From assembly GCA_037443265.1 (NCBI GenBank), contig JBBIOR010000003.1, positions 18,192-82,191 on the forward strand: a stretch of 64,000 nucleotides of DNA, read 5' to 3'. Position 1 is the stretch's first letter; every line of letters begins with the position of its first letter. Source of the stretch: Candidatus Fraserbacteria bacterium (GTDB lineage Bacteria; Bipolaricaulota; Bipolaricaulia; RBG-16-55-9). The notes under the pieces were generated by a model. That model had not been told where the DNA came from and made no database searches. It was given only the letters and a program-made list of their open reading frames with translations. Both the position numbers and the translations under genes were made by a program. Below are positions 56,778 through 64,000 of this stretch, piece after piece.

Positions 56778-57785
56778 ATGACGATGACGCAAAGGACGCG
56801 CGCGCGGGTGGTCTCTGGTTTCAAGCCCACCGGGGAACTCCATCTCGGGAACTATTTCGGCACGATCGCCAATGCGCTCAAATTGCAAGAGCGCTACGAG
56901 TGCTTCTATTTTATTGCGGATTATCACGCGATTACGATCGATTGGGAGCCGGAGGAGCTTCAGCGCAACACGCTGGAGATGGCGCTAGGTCTTCTAGCCT
57001 GCGGGATCGATCCGGAGCGTTCCGTGCTGTTTGTGCAATCTCAGATTCCAGAGCATACGGAGCTCTGCTGGATTTTCAATAATCTTGCGAGTTTTGGGGA
57101 TCTAATGCGCATGACGCAATTCAAAGAATGCCGCGAGGAAGCCGAGAAATCTCAAGAGTTCGTGAGCGTCGGACTCTTTGATTATCCCGCCCTGCAGGCG
57201 GCGGACATTCTCATCTATCACGGCGCAAAAGTGCCCGTAGGGGCGGATCAGCTGCAGCACTTGGAGCTCACGCGGCGTATCGCCCGGCGCTTCAACAGCC
57301 GCTTTGGCCCCTACTTTCCTGAGCCGGAGGGCATCTTAAGCGAAGCTCCTCGGATCATGTCCCCGGCGGATCCTTTGAAGAAAATGAGCAAGAGCTACGG
57401 GGAGAAGCACGTCATTCGCCTGACGGAGCCGGAGGACTCCATCTGGGAGAAGATTAAAACAGCTGTCACAGACCCGGGTCCTCGCGGGGTGGAGATGAGC
57501 CCCGGCGTGGCCAATCTCTTTCAGTTGCTCAAGCTCTCTGCCCCAGCGGACACTTATGAGAAATTCAGATCCGAGTACGATCGGGGCACGCTCCAGTATG
57601 AATCATTAAAAAGGGCGCTCTTTGAGCATCTGATGGAGGCGCTTGGGCCCATTCGCGCGCGGCGCAAGAAGCTTCGAGAGAGCGATGCGCGCGCGGCCCT
57701 TAAGCTGGGGGCCCAGCGGGCGAGCCGGATCGCCCAGCAGACCCTCCAAGAGGTCAAGCGCCGCATCGGCGTTGGGCCCTTCTGA
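56778..57785 (+). CDS. trpS: Tryptophanyl-tRNA synthetase
   Basis: SGFKPTGELHLGNYFG (HIGH-type), FIADYHA, VPVGADQLQHLELTR, KMSKS. Confidence 0.9.
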   Translation: MTMTQRTRARVVSGFKPTGELHLGNYFGTIANALKLQERYECFYFIADYHAITIDWEPEELQRNTLEMALGLLACGIDPERSVLFVQSQIPEHTELCWIFNNLASFGDLMRMTQFKECREEAEKSQEFVSVGLFDYPALQAADILIYHGAKVPVGADQLQHLELTRRIARRFNSRFGPYFPEPEGILSEAPRIMSPADPLKKMSKSYGEKHVIRLTEPEDSIWEKIKTAVTDPGPRGVEMSPGVANLFQLLKLSAPADTYEKFRSEYDRGTLQYESLKRALFEHLMEALGPIRARRKKLRESDARAALKLGAQRASRIAQQTLQEVKRRIGVGPF

Positions 57786-57868
57786 AGAGGGTTTTCGTCC
57801 TCTTCCGCTCACGTCATTTAACGTTTTTTAACGATACTGCTGGGCCTCTGCTCTTCTTCGGCCTTAAG

Positions 57869-59428
57869 CTAGGGGCAACTGAGGGGCAGAAGCCTCTTTA
57901 GCTGCGCTAGGCTCTCCGGGCGGAAGCTAGGGAGCACGTTGGGCGGTATGACTTCCACTTGGGCCGACATGATGTCCCGCGGATCGTTCTGGGAAGTGTG
58001 CCCCAATCCCAGAAGATGCCCCAGCTCATGAGAGGCCACCGTGGCCAAGGCTAGCAGTAATTGAGCGAGCGGCACCCCCCGCAGCCTGAGGAAGCCTCCC
58101 AAGAAGACTTGAGCCTGTCCAAAGCGCACGAAAAGCGGGGCAACCCCCAAGATCGCCCCGCGACTCTCCGGCTTAAACACGATGGTCGCCTTGGCTCCCC
58201 TAGGCGATACGAGCGTGAAGCGGATATTGACCCCCTGATACTGCTGCTCCATGATGCTTTTCATCTGCGGCAGGAAGGACTCCATAAGCTCCTTCGGGCT
58301 CAGGCCTGTCAAGTCCATGAGCACCGGCAGGGCGCCCTCTTCCAGCTGGAGGAGGGCAAATTGGCCACAATTGTTCAGCGGTGGGCCAATATCTACCCGC
58401 AGAGCTGCCGCGTTGTCTTCTTCGTCTGGTTCGGGGATGATGGCGGCCACATCGGCTTTGACGCGCAGCCAGTGCTCCCCGCTCTGTGCCTGCCAGCTGG
58501 TTTGGAGCTCAATGGTCGCGCCAGCGGCCAAAGGAGGCACGCTTATAAGCTGCAGCGTCTGGCCATCGGCTTGAAAGGCCACCTGGAAGCCCACAGCCGG
58601 TCCGCGGCCGGCGTTGACGATGGTGGCCTTCAAGCGGACGGTCTGACCCGGCTCGGCTGCCTGAGGCTCCAATACGAGGGCTTGGACCTTAAGATCCGCC
58701 CCCGTGGGCTCCTGAGAAGACACATTTAGAGTGCGAACGAGGATGTTGTTCGCCTCATCGGCTTCGGACACGCTTTGGAAGGGATCTACGACCACGCGCA
58801 GGGCTATTTCGCCCGCTTGGGCGAGCCAGTTGATTTCGGCCGTGCGCTCCTCTCCGCTGGGGAGGCCTCCCGGCAGAAACTGTGTGGCGAGCAATCGGCG
58901 TCCGGCGAAGAACTGCACGGCAAAGTTGCCTCCAGGAACCGCTTGAACACCACCGTTGCGAATGAGGGCCTTAAGCCGGGTGAGCTCGCCGGGTTTGGGA
59001 AACTCTGGCTCAAGGCTCAACCGCAAGATTTGCAGATCTGCCCCGAAGTTCAGCTCTAGGGCCAAAGTGTTATTGTTCTCATCGGCTTCGGTGATCCGCG
59101 GGGGATGGTCTACCAGGAGGCGCACGGTATGTCGTCCAGGGGTGACCACCCATGGGGCTTCGAGGGTGATCTGCCCCCTGGCGGGCAGCTCGAGCACAAA
59201 GCGGGAGAAGAGCGGCTTGTCATCGAGCTGCAGGAGCACCCAGAAGGCTGCGGCATCCGCCTCGCCGCGGTTGACCACCGTGGCCTCGAAGCGCACAGCA
59301 ACCCCCGGCTGGGCTTGCGGTGGGGCCATCTCCAGGCGCGTGGGAACAAGATCGGGCAGCGGCCCGGGCTCAGCCGGGGCCGCCTGAGTCCAAAGAACCA
59401 GAACACTCAGCAAGAGCAGAAGCGTCAT
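57869..59428 (-). CDS. Secreted metzincin-type zinc metalloprotease with N-terminal CARDB-like repeats
   Basis: Signal peptide. About four repeats of P..G..V.....V.N.G...A (CARDB-like). HELGHLLGLGH (57998-58030) followed by DIM (Met-turn-like). Confidence 0.72.
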   Translation of the reverse strand: MTLLLLLSVLVLWTQAAPAEPGPLPDLVPTRLEMAPPQAQPGVAVRFEATVVNRGEADAAAFWVLLQLDDKPLFSRFVLELPARGQITLEAPWVVTPGRHTVRLLVDHPPRITEADENNNTLALELNFGADLQILRLSLEPEFPKPGELTRLKALIRNGGVQAVPGGNFAVQFFAGRRLLATQFLPGGLPSGEERTAEINWLAQAGEIALRVVVDPFQSVSEADEANNILVRTLNVSSQEPTGADLKVQALVLEPQAAEPGQTVRLKATIVNAGRGPAVGFQVAFQADGQTLQLISVPPLAAGATIELQTSWQAQSGEHWLRVKADVAAIIPEPDEEDNAAALRVDIGPPLNNCGQFALLQLEEGALPVLMDLTGLSPKELMESFLPQMKSIMEQQYQGVNIRFTLVSPRGAKATIVFKPESRGAILGVAPLFVRFGQAQVFLGGFLRLRGVPLAQLLLALATVASHELGHLLGLGHTSQNDPRDIMSAQVEVIPPNVLPSFRPESLAQLKRLLPLSCP

Positions 59429-60702
59429 GGCCGAATCACCTCTAGGCCCATATAATCTCTTAGGGCTTCCGGAATGATCACGGAGCCGTCGGGTCGTTGA
59501 TTGTTCTCTAAGAGAGCGATCATCAAGCGGGAAGTCGCCAGGCCGCTCCCGTTGAGCGTGTGGACGAATTCGGGCTTGGCTTTGGGCGATGGCCTATAGC
59601 GAATGTTCCCGCGTCTGGCTTGAAAGTCTTCACAGTTGCTACAGGAGGAGACTTCGTAGTAGCGCCCCTGGCCGGGCAACCAGACCTCAATGTCAATCGT
59701 CTTGGCGGCGGCAAACCCCAAATCCCCCGTGGGCAGAAGCGCCAAGCGGTAGTGTAAATCGAGCGCTTTCAAGATATCCTCTGCGTCCTCGACCATCTTG
59801 TCGAGTTCGGCGTAAGAGTCTTCCGGCCTCGTAAATTTGAAAAGCTCGACTTTGTTGAATTGATGGAGGCGAATGAGCCCGCGCTCCTCCTCACCCGCCG
59901 CTCCGGCCTCCCGACGGAAACAGGCCGTATACGCGCAGTACTTGAGGGGAAGCTGCTCTGCTTCCAAGATCTCATCCCGATGGAGATTGCACAGCATCAC
60001 TTCCGCCGTGGGGTTGAGATACAGCTCGTCCCGCTCCATGAAGTATTGCTCGTCTTTGAATTTGGGCAGATGCGATGACGTATAGAACGTCGTGGGGTTG
60101 CCCAGAAAGGGCGGCCAGATGGGCGTATAGCCGTTCTCTTCGATCTGATATTTGAACATGAATTGCACCAGCGCCATCTCCAGTTTGGCTCCCAGGCCCT
60201 TGTAGAGCGCAAAGCGCGCCCCGGCGATCCTGGCCGCGCGCTCAAAATCGAATAAATCGAGGGTCTTTCCCAGCTCGATGTGGGTCTTGCAGGGGAAATC
60301 AAACTCGGGCCTCTCTTTGTGCTCTTTTAGGATGACTTTCGCGCCCTTGTCGTAGCTGATGGGCACAGATTCGTGCGGCAGGTTGGGCAGATGGGAGAGC
60401 AGCTGGTGGAGTTCTTCTTCGATCGTGCCCAGCTGGACGTCTAGGGCTTTGATGCGCTCGGCCATCGCACGCATCTCGAGGATGAGCTCCTGGGCCTGCT
60501 CTGCTCGCTTGGCGGCTTTAAGGCGCGCGATCTGCTCAGAAGCTTGGTTGCGCTGATATTTGAGAGCCTCTACCTCTTGGATCAAGTGGCGGCGGCGCGC
60601 ATCCAGCTTAAGAAGGGGGGCCAGGCTCAAGGAGGGGTCGCGCATCTTGAGCTTCTGCTCGATCTGCTGGGGTTGCGCGCGGATGGCTTTTAAGTCAAGC
60701 AT
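59425..60702 (-). CDS. serS: Seryl-tRNA synthetase
   Basis: Start set at MLDLKAIRAQPQ. N-terminal coiled coil, class II motifs (FRREAG..., TLNGSGLATSR). Confidence 0.9.
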   Translation of the reverse strand: MLDLKAIRAQPQQIEQKLKMRDPSLSLAPLLKLDARRRHLIQEVEALKYQRNQASEQIARLKAAKRAEQAQELILEMRAMAERIKALDVQLGTIEEELHQLLSHLPNLPHESVPISYDKGAKVILKEHKERPEFDFPCKTHIELGKTLDLFDFERAARIAGARFALYKGLGAKLEMALVQFMFKYQIEENGYTPIWPPFLGNPTTFYTSSHLPKFKDEQYFMERDELYLNPTAEVMLCNLHRDEILEAEQLPLKYCAYTACFRREAGAAGEEERGLIRLHQFNKVELFKFTRPEDSYAELDKMVEDAEDILKALDLHYRLALLPTGDLGFAAAKTIDIEVWLPGQGRYYEVSSCSNCEDFQARRGNIRYRPSPKAKPEFVHTLNGSGLATSRLMIALLENNQRPDGSVIIPEALRDYMGLEVIRP

Positions 60703-60779
60703 GGCACATCCCTTGGGCATTGTAGCCGCAGGAGCTGCTCCCGGCAAGCCCCTTGCCATCCGCGGACAGATGCCCCAAG

Positions 60780-61148
60780 ATGAAAGTCATGCGGAAATCG
60801 CAGCCCTATGGCTTCCGGAAGACCCACCGACTCACGAAGGGCTCAGATTTTCAGAGGGTCTATCAAGGGGGAAAGCTCATCAAGAACGAGCACTTTCGCC
60901 TCTACGTGCTCCCCAGGGAGGGCGAGTCCACTCCGCGGCTGGGGCTTTCGGTGTCGAAGAAGATGGGCAAGGCCGTGGTGAGGAACCGCCTGAAGCGCTG
61001 GATCCGCGAGTGGTTTCGCACGCGCAAGGACGAGCTTACGGGGTTGGATATCGTCGTCCAACCCAAGCCGCCTGCGGTGGCCCTGGATCATGAGGCTCTC
61101 GAAGAGAGCTTAGAGGGTCTGGTCGTCTCCCTCAAAGCGCCCGACTGA
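60780..61148 (+). CDS. rnpA: RNase P protein component
   Basis: FRKTHRLTKGSDFQRVY..., LGLSVSKKMGKAVVRNRLKRWIRE (RNR motif). Confidence 0.8.
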   Translation: MKVMRKSQPYGFRKTHRLTKGSDFQRVYQGGKLIKNEHFRLYVLPREGESTPRLGLSVSKKMGKAVVRNRLKRWIREWFRTRKDELTGLDIVVQPKPPAVALDHEALEESLEGLVVSLKAPD

Positions 61149-61161
61149 TGCGCCCACCCTC

Positions 61162-61190
61162 TTGCACCTCTGAGGGGCCTCTGCTATACT
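61162..61190 (+). promoter_or_regulatory. Candidate greA promoter
   Basis: TTGCAC (61162-67), 17-nt spacer, TATACT (61185-90). This leaves a leader of about 105 nt. Confidence 0.4.
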
Positions 61191-61301
61191 CTGGGCGCTT
61201 CAATCCATTTCGAAAGATCAGCCCGGAAGGGTTACCCCTCGGCCTTCTTCGCCACTGGGCATAGCGAATATGGGAGGGCTATCGGGGCAGAAGGAGAACG
61301 C

Positions 61302-61787
61302 ATGGAGGACCTGGAAGAGATCATCTTGACCAAAGAGGGGTACGAGCTCAAGAAGAAGGAGCTCGAGGAGTACCGTCGTATTCTCCATGAGGAGATCCCC
61401 AAGCGGCTGAAGGTCGCCAAGGAGCACGGGGGTGAGCTTAGGGAGAACAAAGAATTTCTTGACATCCAGGCCGAGAAAGAGTTCTACGAGGCGGAGGTCC
61501 GCCGGCTGGAAGAGCTGTTAGATCGAGCTAAGATCGTCGATGAGGCCGCCATCAGCACGAAGACCGTAGGCATCGGCACCCGCGTCATCCTCAAAGACCT
61601 CAAGAAGAACGAGCAGGTGACCTTCCATCTGGTGAGCCAGGCCGAGGTGGATCTGGAGGCCAACAAGATCTCTGTGGCCTCGCCTCTGGGGAAGCTCTTG
61701 GTGGGGCATAAGAGAGGCGAAGTGATCGAGATGGAGACCCCTGCCGGCAGAGTGCGCTACAAGATCGTCGGCATCCAGAGGGGATAA
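61302..61787 (+). CDS. greA: Transcription elongation factor GreA
   Basis: 161 aa. LTKEGYELKKKELEEY..., GELRENKEF (acidic coiled-coil tip), and a C-terminal FKBP-like domain. Confidence 0.9.
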   Translation: MEDLEEIILTKEGYELKKKELEEYRRILHEEIPKRLKVAKEHGGELRENKEFLDIQAEKEFYEAEVRRLEELLDRAKIVDEAAISTKTVGIGTRVILKDLKKNEQVTFHLVSQAEVDLEANKISVASPLGKLLVGHKRGEVIEMETPAGRVRYKIVGIQRG

Positions 61788-63248
61788 ATGTCCGAGAGGC
61801 TGCGAGGGGAGCGCTTAAGAAAACGGGCGGAGCTAAAAGCCCGCGGGATTGATCCCTATCCCCCCAAGTACGCGCGCACCCACCAGGCCGCGCAGCTTCA
61901 TCAGCAATTCCAAGCTCTGGCAGCCGGAGCAGAGACTCAGACGCGCGTTCGCGTGGCCGGACGGATTGTGGCTCGCCGAGTCATGGGCGGCGCTGCTTTT
62001 TATGATCTGCGTGACCAGAGCGACCGCCTCCAGCTCCACGCAACCCGAGATCTTTTGGGATCTAAATATAAAATCTTCACAGATCTGGAGATTGGAGATC
62101 TTCTAGGCGTCTCGGGAAGGATCTTCCGCACCAAGCGCGGCGAACTCTCCGTCCATGTCGAGGATTTTCAGATTTTGGCGAAAGCGCTGCGCTCTCTGCC
62201 TGAGAAATGGCATGGCCTAGTAGATCTCGAAACCCGCTATCGCCAGCGGTATCTCGATCTCATCGCCAATGAAGAGTCCCGTCAGACGTTTCTCACCCGC
62301 ACGAAACTCATCACGGCCATGAGAAGATTTTTAGATGAGCAAGGCTTTCTGGAAGTGGAGACACCCATCTTGCAGCCGCTGTACGGCGGGGCCTTCGCCC
62401 GGCCTTTTACGACCTTCCACAACGAGCTCAAGAGGACTTTCTATTTGAGGATCTCCAATGAGCTCTATTTGAAGAGACTCATCATTGGCGGCTTCGAGAA
62501 GGTCTACGAGATCGGCAGAGACTTTCGCAATGAAGGGGTCTCCTCCCAACACAATCCGGAATTCACCATGATGGAGTGCTATCAAGCCTATGCAGACTAC
62601 AACGACATGATGGCCCTGACCGAACAGCTGATTCTCTTCATCGCAGGGGAGCTGGAGAAGACCCAGCTCGTCTATCAGGGCCATGAGATCGACCTGACTC
62701 CCCCCTGGCCCAGGATGACGCTTCGTGAGGCCATCCAGCAACACACCGGCATTGACATCGGAGAGCACCCAACACTTGAGGGCTTAAGAAGAGTCATCGC
62801 CCAGAAGAAGCTTCATGTGGATGAAAAACCCACCTGGGGCCAGCTCGTGGATGAGCTTTTGAGTGAGTACGTCGAGCCCAAGCTCATCCACCCCACGTTT
62901 GTGATCGACTATCCCGTGGAGATCTCCCCTCTGGCCAAGAGGAAGTCAGATCAGCTGGTCGAGCGCTTCGAGGTCTTCATCGGGGGCCTGGAGTTGGGCA
63001 ACGCCTTCTCGGAGCTCAATGACCCCATCGAACAGCGTGAGCGCTTCTTGCAGCAAGAAGAGCGACGCCGCAAGGGAGACGAAGAAGCCCAAGTCCTCGA
63101 TGAAGATTTCTTGATGGCGATGGAGTACGGCATGCCGCCCACCGGTGGGCTGGGCATCGGCATCGACAGACTCACCATGCTCTTTACAGACTCGGCCTCC
63201 ATTCGCGATGTGATTCTGTTCCCAGCGCTTCGGCCGAGACCTGATTGA
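61788..63248 (+). CDS. lysS: Lysyl-tRNA synthetase, class II
   Basis: 486 aa. OB anticodon-binding domain, FRNEG, MMECYQAYADY, and GGLGIGIDRL motifs. Confidence 0.92.
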   Translation: MSERLRGERLRKRAELKARGIDPYPPKYARTHQAAQLHQQFQALAAGAETQTRVRVAGRIVARRVMGGAAFYDLRDQSDRLQLHATRDLLGSKYKIFTDLEIGDLLGVSGRIFRTKRGELSVHVEDFQILAKALRSLPEKWHGLVDLETRYRQRYLDLIANEESRQTFLTRTKLITAMRRFLDEQGFLEVETPILQPLYGGAFARPFTTFHNELKRTFYLRISNELYLKRLIIGGFEKVYEIGRDFRNEGVSSQHNPEFTMMECYQAYADYNDMMALTEQLILFIAGELEKTQLVYQGHEIDLTPPWPRMTLREAIQQHTGIDIGEHPTLEGLRRVIAQKKLHVDEKPTWGQLVDELLSEYVEPKLIHPTFVIDYPVEISPLAKRKSDQLVERFEVFIGGLELGNAFSELNDPIEQRERFLQQEERRRKGDEEAQVLDEDFLMAMEYGMPPTGGLGIGIDRLTMLFTDSASIRDVILFPALRPRPD

Positions 63249-63272
63249 GAGATGAGATGAAAGGAGCACTCC

Positions 63273-64000
63273 ATGAGCAAACGGGATGTCGCCGTCATCG
63301 GGGTTGGCTATACGAGCTTCAACAGTCTCACGCCCGAAGTCAATTGGAAGGAGCTGATGTTCGAAGCAGCTCAAAAAGCCTATCAAGACGCGGGCATAGA
63401 TCCGCGTAAAGACGTAGATAGCTTCATCACCTGTGCCGAAGATTTCTGGGAGGGCTTTTCGATCTTCGATGAATTTACGCCCGATCAATTGGGTGCGGTG
63501 CTCCGGCCTATGCACACGGTGACGGGCGATGGGCTCTTGGGCCTGGCTAACGCGTATATGCAAATCAAGACTGGGCTCTTTGACATCGTCGTGGTCGAGG
63601 CCCACAGCAAGATCTCAGAGCTTCTCACCTACGAGGACGTCGTGCAGCTGGCTTTTGATCCCATCTATGAGGCGCCGCTATCGGGCGATGTTCATCCCTA
63701 TTATGTAGCGGGCCTGGAGATGCGGGCATATCTCGAAGCCACAGGCACCACAGAAGAGCAGTGCGCCGCGGTCGTCGTGCAGCACAAGAGAGCTGCGTTC
63801 TTCAACCCCGTGGCTGAATTTGAGGCCCAGCTGGAGATAGATGACGTCATGGGCTCAGGCTACGCTTTTGATCCCTTAAAGAGATTGGAGATCGCGCCGC
63901 GGGCGGACGGCTCGATCGTCTTCGTGCTGGCGGGGGGCGAGATCGCCCGACGCTTGAGGGGCTGCCCCGTCTATCTCGAAGGGATTGGTTGGTCCTCAGA
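63273..64000 (+). CDS. Thiolase-domain protein (SCP-x / archaeal-type acetyl-CoA acetyltransferase family), partial; runs off the window end
   Basis: Own translation from ATG at 63273: MSKRDVAVIGVGYTSFNS...FITCAEDFWEG...DIVVVEAHSK. RBS AAAGGAG. No stop before 64000. Confidence 0.72.
   Translation, partial: MSKRDVAVIGVGYTSFNSLTPEVNWKELMFEAAQKAYQDAGIDPRKDVDSFITCAEDFWEGFSIFDEFTPDQLGAVLRPMHTVTGDGLLGLANAYMQIKTGLFDIVVVEAHSKISELLTYEDVVQLAFDPIYEAPLSGDVHPYYVAGLEMRAYLEATGTTEEQCAAVVVQHKRAAFFNPVAEFEAQLEIDDVMGSGYAFDPLKRLEIAPRADGSIVFVLAGGEIARRLRGCPVYLEGIGWSS

Overview
GC-rich, densely coding bacterial chromosomal window, mostly housekeeping and carbohydrate genes. I saw no transposase, integrase or CRISPR array.

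Gene content, left to right:
- clpB (partial, with a CIRCE operator), yebC, mgtE, dcd, yajC-secD-secF, holA.
- A tightly packed six-gene Pup-like ('UBact'-type) proteasome operon on the minus strand (9.4-15.8 kb), in the order mpa/arc, dop-like, 59-aa modifier ending -RQRSGE, prcB, prcA, pafA-like.
- A secreted S8 protease and tRNA-Ala(GGC).
- RNase P RNA followed directly by a tmRNA gene. Its T-loop is interrupted by a 576-nt group I intron carrying a small LAGLIDADG ORF.
- nfeD.
- About 15 kb of alpha-glucan and sugar-uptake genes: two ABC systems, two GDE-type glycosidases, a GalT-like gene, and LacI regulators with AATCGATT-core operators.
- mscS, treT, a LacI-controlled pfkA / LacD-type aldolase / gap module, and a ROK glucokinase.
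- An archaeal-style mre11-rad50-nurA-herA operon, joined by overlapping stop/start codons to a pepM16-pnp-rpsO-mtaD block.
- trpS, a CARDB-metzincin protease, serS, rnpA, greA, lysS and a partial thiolase.

The most notable items are the UBact/proteasome operon, the intron-split ssrA, and the four-gene Mre11-Rad50-NurA-HerA cluster.

The lineage cannot be fixed from the sequence. The UBact-type locus suggests a Gram-negative phylum such as Armatimonadota, Nitrospirota or Verrucomicrobiota.

All protein calls come from reading the supplied translations for family motifs. No database search was run.
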